Shown here: positions 41,971-56,900 of the stretch, one piece after another
How the letters are laid out: each line of letters starts with the position of its first letter
How positions within the stretch are numbered: position 1 is the stretch's first letter
DNA from: Tubiluchus corallicola
Taxonomy: Eukaryota; Animalia; Priapulida
Assembly: GCA_030141605.1 (NCBI GenBank)
Contig: JAQGDQ010000125.1
Span: 124,001 to 188,000, forward strand
Direction of reading: 5' to 3'
Length of the DNA: 64,000 nucleotides
Position numbers and translations under genes: made by a program
Notes under the pieces: generated by a model
What the model saw: the letters and a program-made list of their open reading frames with translations, nothing else
Told to the model about the DNA's origin: nothing
The model's database searches: none

Positions 41971-44900
41971 TTAATTTTTCTTTAGTCTCCTCTTCTGGAA
42001 TTCACTTGCTACTTCAACAAAATGCTGCCATTGTTGCCAAAATGCTGCTATGATTATTATTGCAACTGCAGTAAATACTATTCGCACCCTGAAAGATGAA
42101 ATACAGATTATATATATTTCAGTTTCCATGTTCATAGGATATTTTCAAACACACCAAGCCAGTCGTGGAACTTATCAACTAATAGGTCTTTAAAGTGCCA
42201 GGCAGTTAAATGAGAATATTTATTAAAAGCAATTGCAACACTTTTGCTTTAGCAACTGAACAAATTAATGATACTTACTTAGTTCGAAGAAGTGGAGATA
42301 AGATATTTGCCACAGCAGATACAAGGACTAGAATAACTTGTAGCACGGCAAGTACAACGTTGATTAATTTAAAGATAAGTGTACGAGCTCGTGAGCTCTC
42401 AATACCCTCTAAAGTGACTAGTTGCTGATGTTGTTGCTGTAGCTCTATTTTTCCTATCTAAAATTGGAAAATAATACAAAAACAAGCAACTCTTTTTACA
42501 AGATAAATGTGTTAAACTTATTCCCAGGGGAATATGGTGTGACATTTTTTACATTTTTCATCTTATTTTTGTGATTTTCCGTGTTACTTTTTAAATTTTG
42601 AGTTAGGCCATTAGATACAAAACCTAACAATATCAAATTTAAACAGAAAGCCCACTGCTCCAATTAGTTTCCACAGCAGTTTCAGACATTTTTGTATTCA
42701 CTACAATTTGCGAGCATAATACATCAAAGTTTAGGTACAGTTCTAAGTACTCTGTAAAGTTGATACTGGTAAATATAAGCGATAAGCTTACAGTTAATGT
42801 ATCTTTATAAGAACCAAATAGTAGGAAGCTAGACAAAGAGTGAAGAACAATTAAGACTGCAAAAAGTAGACTAGCAAAAACTATCTTAGTAAATCAACAC
42901 TCTCAATGTAAACAGACTTGGTTTGCTTACAGACAATTCTCGCAGACTGAATTGGCACCAGCTTTAGTGGTAATACTGTACGGCTGTGATACGGTACTGT
43001 GACAACGATAAACATTTGTAGAAACATCAGCGCTTTGTGCAAGAAATTTTTCTTAATAAAATGTGCTTGTAAGTTCTATGGTGCGGCTATTTAAAGAAAG
43101 TCTGTGGTTTTTAATCATCATACTCCAATACGCACAACAACTTATGTCAGAATTCTTAGAACAACTTGTCGAGTCCGCTATTTACCCACTGGACACAAGA
43201 CAGTATGCTCTATAGGGAGGCCTTCGAATTCAGTGCCTAGGCATTCTTATTTTGTGAACATTTTGCAGAAATATAATTTTTGCATGTTTCTAAACTTCAC
43301 GGATTTGCAACCCCATGCATTTCCCAACAAAAGACTAGCTTATAGGATAGCTTATGTTGACAGCACAAATTAAAAACGAGAAAATTGATAATCTGTACAT
43401 TTTAGTTCTAAGATAACAAGTTCACAATGTTGACGAACAGCACAAAGTTTCATTATAAGAGAAAAAGAGCTTACCCTTGTTTGACAAGTTTCTAACGCTT
43501 CTTGCATATCACGTGATCGTTCCTCTAGTTGATACTCCATCTTTTCTTCTAAACTTGCCACCTCTTGCTTCAGATTTATCACCTCATTTTGGTGCAGTTC
43601 AGTTACATCATTCATCTGTTCTTCTAATCTCTAGCAAATTAAGAAAAGCCACTTTCATTGTAGAAGTTAGAATAACCTTCATTGTGCATAGCTATTTATT
43701 TGGAAAAAGCACTTAGAGCAAGACAGGATGATGTTTCATGTACTACCCCATTTTCAAGTCTGTTAAAAAGTATACATTTTAACAGGATTAATACTGAAAA
43801 AGCGTTTCTGATAATTGAATAATAAAATATTAAATAAAACTTATTTAACATCTGCATTGCGAAGTACAGCACCTGTTTTTTTGTGCAATACATTTACGAA
43901 ATGCAGGTGCTAGTGCCCAGCTACATAGTGCATGGCGAAATGCATGTAACAGCGAAGAACTAGTGGCGTGAACTTGAAATTAAGTTTGTGTGGTAATAAT
44001 TCTTTCATGTAAGTCACTTTTGAAAAAATCGTATGTTTCCTTTCAATATTTTAAAGACTAGACTGTTTTGACCTACAATTCAAGATTGGGTCCAGTTATG
44101 CTTTAAAATTAGCTTATTTAGAAATTCAAAAACAAAATAGAGTATTAAAAGACAACACATAGACACATACCTCAAACCTATACCTTTCTTCTTGCAAGGC
44201 TTGGGTGAAAAATGATACCTCTTGTTGATTTTGATCTTTAAGCGTTTCAAATTCGTCCTTAAGCTCTAGATATTTATCCTGCTGAAGTTTAATTTCCTCT
44301 AGAAGAGGTTGTATATTGAATGACGGTAATGGGGATTGTAAACCTGCTTGTACTTTAGGACTGGTTATAACTATTCCATCAATTGCACCAGGATCAGAGG
44401 TTATACTGCTGCATTCATCCTCCGAAGCATACTTTGTCATACTACTGCAAAATATATAACCAAAATAGTTATAGTGGTAATAAAAAAACTGTGAGCAGCA
44501 CCAAATCCAGATACAAGTGAGTTCAAAATATGCAAAACAGCAAATGCTGCTACCAAGTAAAATTTTCCTAATTAACTATTGATAAAATGATAAAACTACT
44601 AAATTTACGATTGAGTTAAAAATATGCAAAATAGCAAATGCTGATACCAAGTTAAATTCACCTAATAACCTATTAGTGAAATGATAAAACAACTAAATTT
44701 ACAAAATAAATGAAATATAAAAAGAAGTTGGTTGTGTTCATGCAGCATGCTGGATTATTACAGTTCAGAAAAGAATTTATGAACCATCAATTAAAACATT
44801 AGTAAAGTTAGTGCTGTTGTTTGCAAATGTTTAAGAAGCATTAAGCAATTGATCAGCGGCATGTTGCAGAAAAACTAATTACAGAACAAGGGGGGGGTGG

Positions 44901-47900
44901 TGGTCACTTGCACAGTGGGCGTAAAAATGAATGAAACATTAATAACGGTGTACACTCACACTCTGCAGTGCAATGCTTACAGATTTTATTCTACAATATC
45001 CATGGCACACTATGACATACAGCAAATTTTGCAAGTAGAAACGATTATTACCAATTATTTTCGATTTAATATACATGTATATTATTTATTTCGCAAATGA
45101 GTAAATATTATATTTTACAAAATTGCAATGTTAAATTGGATAATATGTAGAACATTCACATAATTATTATGATTAGCATGCTTATAATTAATGTTTATGT
45201 ATAATAAGCAACATTTAGCTGATTAGCAGGTGTAGCAACAACTTCTTTTAGTTCATTATGGAAACTTGTTATTTGCAATATCACCCTCAAGTGTCTCCTC
45301 ATGCAATGTTACTAGAAGAGTGGTTCCAAGCCCCTTGTTGACGGTGACCCCTTTCCAGAACCCTGCATCATATCGCGACCCGAAGAAGAACATAATCGCA
45401 TGTTATACTATTAAACATCTTTATCGTTTGCATTTATTAATTTTAACTTACTATTCAACAAATTATTGAACAATGAAGGATTGTTTCATTCATTAGTGCA
45501 ATGGCTGCACCTGTTTCTCAGCAACTAGTAATGCAACAGCAATAGGTATCCAAGGTAAAATGAATAATGCCACGCTTTCGGGCGGTGTACCCTGTGCACA
45601 AGTGTACAGCACGGAACAACTTGCATTTTCATTTTTCCGGAAAATCAAGCAATGGTATACCACATTTAGAGCGGGGAAACCCAGTTTCACTTTTCAGAAC
45701 AAAATGATGTAATGAGAGACTGAGGAAGCAAGAAGTACTTACATACTTTTCGTGAAAACAGCATTTTTTTTAAAAAGTTTTTGGAATAGCTTGCGATCTC
45801 ACGAAAAGTGCTGACAACCCTAATTGGGGTCGCGACTCCAAGGTTAGGAACCTGTGTACTAGCAGCTTTGAGAATTCTGATGATAATTACATTTTGAAAA
45901 CCAGTGACTAACGGGTAAACATGATGTCTGTATGTTGAACAGTTTCTATATCATAAATGAATGTGCAGAAAGTGCAAATTTTGCAAACTCGTACAGTTCA
46001 GCGTCTTTATAGAAAATTTTCTTATACAATTTTTCTTCAAAAAGACATTTGAAAATGATATGCTTAAAAACAATTACAGTTTGTGGTTCAATATCATTCA
46101 AAATCAAAGTTTATTGTTTGGAGAAGTCACTGTAACAATTTAATTCTAGAAATTACCTGAATGTACAAAGATTAATTTGACATCCTTACATTGAAAAAAT
46201 GACAATTAAAAAAATATAATTATACTAATTTCAAGTAATGGTCGTTAGCATTTCTACGGTCATCAAAAAATCATACAAAGAAGTGTGCTTTTTCCTTCTA
46301 TAAAGAAGTGATTGTCTGCATGGCTGACAAATTATCAACCATCCAGTGTTGCTCAAAACTGCCAAATAGACAGTTGACAAGGCAAAGCAAACTGGAAATC
46401 AATACGTGCACTTCGAGCAATCAGTAAAGTGAAATTGGCCAAAAATGACACAAACAGTTTATTCAAAATCAGCAAAAGGATATAATCTTATACATAGCAT
46501 TTGCTCCACAAGATACATACTAATAACTAATAACCCACTACCTCGTTAAGTTTTCAGGTTGTTAGTAGAAATAAAATTCGAATGTAATACTGAACGAGAA
46601 ATCAGAAACAAGTGTAATATGAAAAGCAACATAGAGAACTAGTATCATATTATTGTTTTTTTACCTAACACCCACTTTCGGAGCATGTTTGGAAAACAAG
46701 AGCTTGCCTGCTGCTGTGCGGTAATTGTTATTAACAAACCTTAAAAGATCAAACACGTTTCATATATTCACACGTGCGTGGACTATCACATTTTCCTTCT
46801 TACTGATTTACTGCAAATTTGCTTAATAAAGTCAAAATTTATTTTTTTTAAATTTCTGGACAGATTTTAATTATTTTTTAGTAAAATCAAATTCAAGTTG
46901 GCAACAGCTATTTTCATATGACAATCACAGAAAAAATTTGTTATGTTTTGAATTCAAAGACAGCACAGAAGGTATCACTAAAAATTAGTAAAAATATGTT
47001 TTATTAAAAAATTTATATGTTAGTGAAAAAACCCTTGCAGCAGTCTTCCATGTTTGAAATGACTAAGCTGTAATAACAATAACCCCAAAAATAATTTTCA
47101 TTTTACTATCTCACTGTGTAAATCACATTATCAGCTAAACACCAGCTAAGAATGGTAATTCTATCAAAGCTTACAATTTTTTTCTTTGGAAACTAGCATT
47201 CATTAGGAATCTAGTTTTTACAAAAGTAAATAACTTCATATTAAATTCGTTCAGTACTATTCGTACTATAAAATTATAGTATTTATAAGTTTAATTATTA
47301 GGCATGCAGTATAAATGTGTTAAGCCCCAAATCATTTTAACGATAGCTAAGTTTTTAAATTGTTGACACTACTACAAAGTAAGCCTTGTTAGAAAACTCA
47401 AGCATCAAAAATGAAAAAAAAACATGTTGCTCAGGTCCATTTATGTGAAATCACGAAGTCCAAAAACAATAAATTACATATAGGAAAGCAAAATAAACAC
47501 TCCACAAGCATACTTCTAATGCTGCAATTTTATCTTTGCTTTTTTCAAGCATAACTAAATTAAATCATAACATTGAAAAAGAAAGAAATACCTGCTAGCT
47601 TGCGCTGTTTGTGGAAAGGTAGCACTACCATGATGAGCTGGATGACTACTAGCAGAACCGATCGATTCACAACTATGAGGATCTTCCGCTGAAAATAACG
47701 TAATATTTATTATAAGATGACAATATAATAGCATCATGATATAACACAATAATTATCTGATAAAACACCCAACATCACCAGAAAGCCTTGGATCGTTAAT
47801 TTTTTTTGATCATTTCTACTGAATTTCTCAGAGATTTTTCCAATGCCTATTTACGCAATGGAAATATTAAATTAAGATTGATGAATTTCAACAAGTTGTT

Positions 47901-50900
47901 TAGTTTTTAGAAAAATACTAGACGATATAGTATCACACAGACCAGTCCATAAATAATACTATCAACAACTATTTATTTGTCTAGCAGTTTGTAACTTTAT
48001 AAATTGCATATAGCTATCATAGCAAATCACGAAAAAAGCACCATCATACTGTTCATCCCAAAAAACATGGAAGAGAAAATAAACAATTACTTATTCTTCT
48101 TACAGTTTGCAAATAATATTTTGAACTGTACATTCTATGTTATAATAATATCTTTTATCTTGGCAAAATTCTTATCAATGACAAAGTTGTAATGATAATG
48201 AAGATGACGACAGTTAAGATAATGATGGTGACAATGATGACTCTAATAAAATGGGACTTGTTAATTCTAAAATTGGTTCTGTTTGATGTATACCACAAAG
48301 GTTTTGTGAATTTGCGGTATATGTTGCACTGCGATTTCACATGACTAATGAAACAAAAGTGAAAAAATGTGGGCAACAATAATTGAGATCTAAAAAAACA
48401 CATTGAAGCACGTTTAGCTATACCACAATGCTTTACAAATTATTTATTAAAAAGTTCAATGAAATAAAAATTTCTATTAAAAAATAACAATGTAAAACCA
48501 AAATTAATTTATTTTAAAAAATTATCATTACCTGATAGTACCGCTATGTTATCTGCACTTCCAAATCTATTTTTTATTAAATGAGCAAATTCTCTTGGTT
48601 TTGACATTGCTTTCCTAAAATAACAAATAAAAATTTTCACACACTAAGCATGGGGACAGAAACCAAAAATAATTTAAACAGCACTGGTATTGAAAATGCT
48701 ATAACAATTTTTCATTTGTTTAACAATTTACATAATAGTTAACATAATCAGTTTAAATATTCAGTAAATTTGCAAAAAAATAAATGTGTATATGCAATTG
48801 TATGTAAAAACTCACCCAGAAAAGCCAGTGATGCCCTCTTTGATGTTGGACCCTACATCCCTGCATAATAATAAAGAAAATTATGAAACATTATTTTGTT
48901 ACATAGTTTATTATTACAAAGTCTTGTAGTAGGTATTACGTTAAAATGTTGGTAGCACAGTTGCTATTAGTAAATTGCAATCACTAGTTTTATATATGCA
49001 TAAAATAAAACTATGCACAACAACAGAAAAAAATGGCAGGCTATCACAAGAACTTGAAAATGGTTTGAAGCAAAGAATGATTTTTTCAGCAATAGAAACA
49101 TGTCAAAGATAATTTAAATCGTCACCTTTAATTTAATCATGGGGTGCATTGCCAGTAGAATGAGTGAGGACAAAGCAAGCCACATACGGCAAAATTTAAA
49201 GAAATTCTAGCAATGTGAGCAATGCTGCTTCATCAACTTTGAAGAAATGTAAGCTTAAAAGACACTTGAGTTAAAGATCTTATCACTGGTTGCCACTTCT
49301 TGATAATCATTTTTGTAAAGTTCATATTTCTCAAACTCATAGGTGCTTTAATAAACTTATTTAAAAAATTATTTTGTCCTACAATGACTTTGATGAACAC
49401 ATACTTGATACCCTGACCGACACCCTTGAACATCTCCCTAGGTGGCTTTGGAGTACATTCACCAGACTCCAATTCCTTCAGGCGTTTTTTGTAATTTTCT
49501 AATTTTCTCTGCATGTGTTGTATATTTTGCTGTGACTTCTGATTCTTTTTTTCAAAAACCTAAAAAAAAACGAAAGCTGAAGATTATTTTGCACTATTAT
49601 CGGCACTAATCAAAGCGAAAACTAGAACTAGTGTGTATAATGATTCAGTACACAGCTACATACCTGTTTTATTCGAAGTTTTTGCTGACCCTCTGCTTGG
49701 GCTGTTAATCTTAGGTACTCATTCACATTTTCTGGAAAATAAAATAACAGTACTATATGAAAAAATGGTGCAGATAATTGATTTTGTTTAAATTTAATTA
49801 TTCCTAATTTAGTTTTAAAAGCACCACGTGCATTTAACCTACCATCAAGTAGAGATTGTTCGGCTTTGATCATTTCCTTAGTTCGTTGTATTTTTGCCTG
49901 TATTGGCTCAATAGCTGCTTTTATCCTAGCTGCATCCCAAGTCTCAGTTAAACGAGCATCGGGTGTGTCATCTGCAACTGGGTCTGAAGAACCGCCATTA
50001 GGTGTTTGACCCTGGGTTGATTCCTGATGGTGCACCTAGAAACAGATTATCTATACTCTTATATTAATATTCTTGGTATGGGCTTAATTTATATATATAT
50101 AAGATTCGAGGCTACAGCTTCGACGACGGCACCATTTGCGGCGATCTATATATCAAACGAAAGGTCTCGATCTAGTGTCTTCTCATTGATGGTTTATTTT
50201 TCGAATCGGGCCCACCGGGAGGAACGGGGAGCGAAAAACCTCCAAAAATGGCCCTTTTTCGGCCGTTTTTTGCAAAAGTTATACGGCTGAGATGTAGAGA
50301 ACGGGAACGGGCCGAGGGGGGTGCTGGGTATGGATAGATAGCGGTGGGTGTAGTAGGCATATTTAGAATTCCCGAGAGGGCCAGGGCGCCCCGCAACGGG
50401 CGTTTTCCCGGACCCAACTCGCGATTTTTTCGAAATTTTGACCAAACGGCCTGCGGAAAAAACGTTCTAGCGGCGCTTGGTGGGACTCTCGGAAGGAGAT
50501 ATGGGGCTCTTTACAAAGAGGAAGAACAGGGCTACACGATGATGTCGGCTATATGTTAGGACAGGTCCACCGAGAGGAGTATCGACGAGTTAATTAGGTG
50601 TTTTATTTTCGGCGATTTTCGCTTAGAAAGCTGTGAAAATTCTCGCTTAGAAAACTGCGACGCATTCCATTGTGCTGACGTCATCCATTGTACTCTGTCT
50701 ATAAGTTTAATTCAGCAAAAAGCTGCTTTGCAACATACAGTAGGCAGGAGTAAACGCTGCTGGCTTTGCGTTAGGTAAGTAGGCAGAATGTTACGGGCTT
50801 TGTGTTATAAATGAGGACTTGGTAGGACGTTTGCGTATTATTGATTACACGCGTATTTATACGCAAAATCTTTTGCGGGGCCTTTGCTAGTAACTAATTA

Positions 50901-53900
50901 TTCCTCTAACTTTAACTTTGCACATTTAAATACTTAGTAACTCTCACTTAACAGCCAAATGAGAATGAATGAGAATGAGTCAATTTATAAAATGGGCGCA
51001 ACGACAGATGACAGAGAAAAACAGAGACACATGGTGTTTCAGTACACAAACATGAAAAACTGCTAATACTTTTAGCCTCATAAATCAGTTGCAGACAATT
51101 ATGAAAGTAAAACATTTTAACACCAACAGGTAAAACGTAATAAGTATTTTCTTTTTCTGTAAATATACATTAACATCATTTTACTGAATGTAATTTATGA
51201 AAGATGATCCGAAGAAAATCAGCACTACTGCATTTATACATGAATTAAACAGTTGTTAATTAGTCAAGCTAACACAGTAACAAATATAAGATAATGTAAA
51301 CCTATAGTTGTGGCTTTCTATACAAATGACAGTGAAGCAACTTATGCTAATTTTCACATAGCCTGGTTTAATACATCAAAGCACCCTGAAGAAACAAAAT
51401 GGTAGAACAACAAACAAGAATGAAACTTGTCGTATTGTGCATCAGTATTCGCCATTAAGTGGCAAGGGTACTAATTATGTCCATATTTGTAGCGAGATTG
51501 AGACCTATGTCATTATCAAAGAAAATCCTCTAGGATGAGATACAGAACAGGAAAGTAAATAGCTTTGCCTTGAATTCATGGGTGGTGAATTTTAGAAAAG
51601 ACTAACCAGGCTACGTGAAAATTAGCATAAGTAAGGAAAGTTAATTCTTTCGTTGTCTGGTTTTGCACACCTAGTGTCAATAGTTAGCATAACGCCCAAG
51701 TGTATACAATTACAGCTAAAATAGTGCAGTATTTAAAAGTCTGTAACATCAGAAAAAGGTTGTAAAATTGTCTGGAAAGTAAAGGCAATCTGTTGCACAC
51801 ATATCCGGCGTTTGCAGCTTTGTTAATGTCCGATAAACGCAGATTATCGACACCACGTTTATTTCATTACATTTTAAACCCATCGCGCTTAAAATGCATA
51901 AAAGCATAATCTCCCCTAATACTCGAATAAGAAACTGAGCACAATTTAGGAAGCAAATCTTAATCTGTATCACTAGTGCTATATAAAGATGTCTGATCTT
52001 AATTCAGATATCGAAGTTGGTTTCAGTGAAATGGGTAAAGTAATCGAAATTCGGGATGGTAGAACTTTCTCAAATTCCTGCCTAACTGTATTGCAAAATA
52101 ATAAGTTAAAAAGTTATATAGTGTAATATAAATTTTTAAAAAACAAAAAATGTGCAGCCAAAACAAAATTAATTCATTTGGAGATGGTGCGTTTTATGAC
52201 CTGCGCTCTTCTCTCGGCCCAAGTCACCCACATGGAAGGTATCAGCAAAACAGTAAAAATAACGATGTCTACAGATGATGTATTGTATCAAGTAAATTCA
52301 GAAATTATCTATCAGATTTCTTTTGTAATAGCTGCAGAAGCTTAAAACTGCGACAACTGATAGCAAAAAACAGATGGCGTTCACTCCTTGCAATCATATT
52401 GCAGTGCATTGTTGTGTGCACGCAAAGATCAGTAGGTAGATTGTTCTCTAGGGTGGGGCCCAACTGAGAGAGACTGGTTGAGGGTCGCCACTGCTGTGTA
52501 ATACAATTATATAAGAATTTGTTTGCAGTAATACGTAGCAGATTACTACTACTTACATGTAGTAAAGCCTGTTTAATACAATGCACGGAGTGAATGCTCT
52601 AGGGCAATTTTCACTGGGGAACTACAAAAAGCTTTGGTAAATTATGAAAGCACGGGAATTTTACATACTTAACCATCACACTAAGCATTATACATATTGT
52701 GTCTCTGAATTCATTATGGTTCTTTATTAAAAAAGAAACCAATACAAGCTTCCTCTATTCTATGGGAAGGAGGTTGCAGGACAGTGTTGCCACATTAATG
52801 TTAAAGACTGTTAGAAGTTTCCAAACGCTGTGAAACTTTGCAATCACTAGTTATGCATAATTGATGACTAGAAACCTCTCAAATTTTGACACAAGAAGCT
52901 CCCTATGCACTTCTTGGTGACTGCGCCTCTCCCAAAATTTCAATGCAAAATGCCAAAATTTGATATACGAGAATTGCACTTTTCTGGAATTCACTATGTA
53001 CTGGTCTGAAGCATATGAAAATTATTCTAAAAATGTTCCTAGATGATTACGCTGTCAGGAGATCATATTAGGGTGTGTTTCCACTGAGCCTGCAACAGTT
53101 CCCTACTGCACCTGCAACTTTTTTGGTTAGTTTTCATCAGAAAATTTTTGTCACTCCACCACCTCTGCATAGAAAGCCATGGAACTGCACAGATATGCAA
53201 AAAGTGTGTCACTTTCCAGAACACAAACTCTCATATTTGCTACTGAGACTGCTCATTGCGATGACTCTGAACTAATTTAATTTATGACAGCAAATTTTAA
53301 AACACATTTATTTGTTGATTAATTTAGTTCATTGTAAATTCTAATTACTTAATGCATTGAAGCATGATAACACGCTGTGCTGAGAATCTACGGAGGTAGA
53401 GATGTTACATTAAAATAATTATATAAATAGTTAAATATTTATGTTTAGCTTAAATTGCTGCACACATAACCCAGAAAAAGCAAAAGCGAACACTGAAACT
53501 AGCAGTTAAAATTTAGTACAAAATTGAATTTAACATATAGGTGACAAGTAGTTGTAAAGAGATTTTTATGCATGTGTACATTGCTAAATATACCTTTCTT
53601 AATGAAATGTTAGGATCACTCGAAGACATATTTTTATTTAAACACCTGTATTTCAAACTGGTTAAACTTGGGCGATGGAGCATATTTCGAAGTTGACCGC
53701 TAATAGAAAACATCATTTAGAAAGGTAGACAACAACAATGCATACACAAGAATGGACTCATCGACTTTTAAAAAAGCATAGCATGTGATTGTTTACAAAT
53801 AAAAAGAACAATGTTGTGAAAACAATGCTTTACCATTTATAATATGAAGTTCCAAAAAGAATGGTTCCTAAAGAAAAACAATAGCATTCTAAATTCTAAC

Positions 53901-56900
53901 AGCTGCATAACACCAGTATGCATTTCTAAAGGAACAAGGACTACTATTCCAACACTATGTAAGTAGAACTCTCTCAATGCATTTTGCAATTATCGAAAAT
54001 TCACAAACGATTCCGTGATTGCATCACCAATGACAAAGAACACTGTAATGTTGGTACAACCTGACAGAGCACATGTGTTATAAAAATATAGTAGTTTCTC
54101 ATGATCTAGGACGAGACTCCATATCAAGTCTCAACAGATGGCCTTTCTCAAATCAGTTTTTCTTTTGCCTAAATGAAGACCTAGGAGGCACTGACAAATA
54201 TCTCAAGATCTCATTCTTAAAGGAAAAAACCAACCCTCGAACAACATTTATTGTATTTTAATATACACTCAGAAATTACTACACAACATGTGCTCATAAA
54301 AAGCCTTACTTAAAAATGCAAAAGAAATCTAAATCATTCTTATCTCCAGCCAAACGAACTTTACTGCAGACATAATTGAAAAAAATGATCCAAGTTGGTG
54401 GATGGTATGAAGGCATACGTAACAAAATTTCAGTACTTCACTCAGAAGTTCCGCTATTCTCATTGACTAAATACTTCAACTGTGTTTTCATAAAACGTTG
54501 GATCAATTGTCATTGGATCAATTGGCAACTAAATAGTGCTTACATAACTTTAATCTACAGGATTATACTTAAAAATGTGTGTACTATACCCAATATAATT
54601 ACACTGCATATAAGAATGGTATTCTGCTAGGCTGCGAACATACAGTAGGTGCCGGGCGGGTTACTTAGTTGATAGAGTTCAGTTTTAGCTTGTTAGAATA
54701 TTTATTCTGTTACTTTATAGGGGTTAACTAGTTGAGTTGGAAGTTATTATATTATCAGCAGTAACTCGTTTTCATTACACACCGGGCAGTCAGATTCACC
54801 AAAAAGCAAAAATAGTATTAACAATGTCTCATTTAACATTTAGGTTTATTTGTAGTTGATACTAGTAACTGTAGCTGCAAAATGCTACTCAAGCACCTAG
54901 CAAAAGATAAGTGTTTATATTGCACGGTAACCACATGATATCATTTTTCAGTCAAAATGAATGCACCCGACGCGTATTTATTGCAAGTTTAAATTGATTT
55001 TACTAATTACATGAGGCACTTATTACAACTTTATTGCTAAAACCGTCAACATTTTTCTCAAATATTAAAATATGCTCAACTTACCCAGAATCTTGGCTTT
55101 TCTTTTAATCTTTGCACTTTGTACTCTGTAAGCCTTCGCTTAATGAAGCCAGGTTTACAGATAATTTGTTTTAGTAATGCTTAAACATTAGCCGCCCTTT
55201 TTTAAACTTAATGACAAATCTTTTGTTCTAATACCAATTTGTAGGTCTCAAAAGTTAATTGACATATATAGGTCATCACACCTATACAACACACATACGC
55301 GTCCACTAATGGGTCAGTTACTGAATACCATAAATGTCAAAAACACTGATTTTCATTTGGTTTCAGTGAGCCAAAAACCATAAATGAAGAGGCGTCAGCA
55401 TAGTGTTATTGTATATAAGGGGGAAGAAAAATAGTTAAGTGATTCAAGTTTATTTTATTGACTAAAGTTAACTTTTCAAGTACCTTACCTTAGAATTTAG
55501 GTTTCAATTGTGCTACAATCATCCACATTAAGTATGGCTGTGGAATCGGTGCAGCTATTCGAAGTTGAAGAATCAGTCAATTTTGGGAGGAGTTGGAATC
55601 GGTAAATATCTGACTGACTACGACTCTTGCCAGGTTAAACCAAAACATGCATTATTACAGGCAAAACAGAACCAAGCAAACAAAAAAAGTAATGTAACAG
55701 TGAAACAATATTCTTGCTTTAAACTAAAATAGTCAATAAATAGTAAATAGTACTTTTAGTACTTTACTTAATCCTAAAATCCACCAGAATTGGTTGAATA
55801 TAGTGTGAGAAGCAGCAGTGAAAGTACAGATTTTAGGATTTCCTGGAGTCGGAGATTGAAACCGATTTATGGCTGCCGGGATCAGTGACTCTACAACACT
55901 CGCATTAATTAGGCCCTACCATAGGATGTTAGGTTGCAGAGTGTCAAATTGTATTGAAAAATGTTTAAAATGTACCTCTAGTGAGTCGCTAGTGTTGGCA
56001 AATGGAGTTTCCACAACAGGATTCTCTCCAACTGAACTGCTCGTGCCACTACTAGCTGTGCGAGGCCTCGGCATACTTCCACTTGCTGTTGATGGATCCA
56101 GCACTCCTCTAGGAGATACTTTGCCTCCTTTGAAATACAAAGTAAATCCATGTAGTAAAGACTTAGAAATAGCCAACAGTAACAAAACTAAAGATATTCA
56201 ATCTTAAAATGGCAAAAACTTCATAGCGACTGCAAAACTGTACCGTTGAAGGGCTTAGCAAGTGCAACATTGTTGATTTCAATTTTAAAATCCCACAATA
56301 AAACAATCCTTATTTAGAAAGTATAAAACATTAGCAGCAAAATGCTTCCATACATATATAGGAATGAACGAAGGCACACTGTTCAAAACAAGATGGATTG
56401 TTTAAAAAATAATATTTCAAGGCCACTGCCATAAACTTCTAATGAAGCATAGCATTTATGACATTAAACCTCACTTTCTGTATTAAATGGAAGCATTTAC
56501 GATGAAAATGTGGCAGTTCGTACTGATGAAAATTGCTTGATGCAGTTCATCACTTTTAGTTCAACTCCACAACATGACATCTGATACTTTATCTAATTAT
56601 TTTGTCAAAATGATAAATGGAGAAACTCTAGTACTGCTATAAATGGAATTTGCATGTAAAAATCATATGACATGGTAAATATGCAATAAAAATGCAGTTA
56701 CAACTCATCATCTTTTCCAAAAACAAAATCAATGTCAAGGTGACAGTAAATCGGGCCTGTACCAATTTAGGTCGTCTGCGAACCTCCCTACAATTCTGAT
56801 GAGTTTTCGCATAAGTTCATGCAAGTTTTCCTATAAGTTTCACGTAGAAAAATCGCCTGCTTATAAATTGTTCGATGGATTACAGGTATAGCTAACTAAA

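Noticed and set aside
50027-50559. Cluster of GC-rich ORFs resembling a CpG island or small gene
   Set aside because: They lie inside the Helitron, have no recognisable motifs, and are explained by the GC content.
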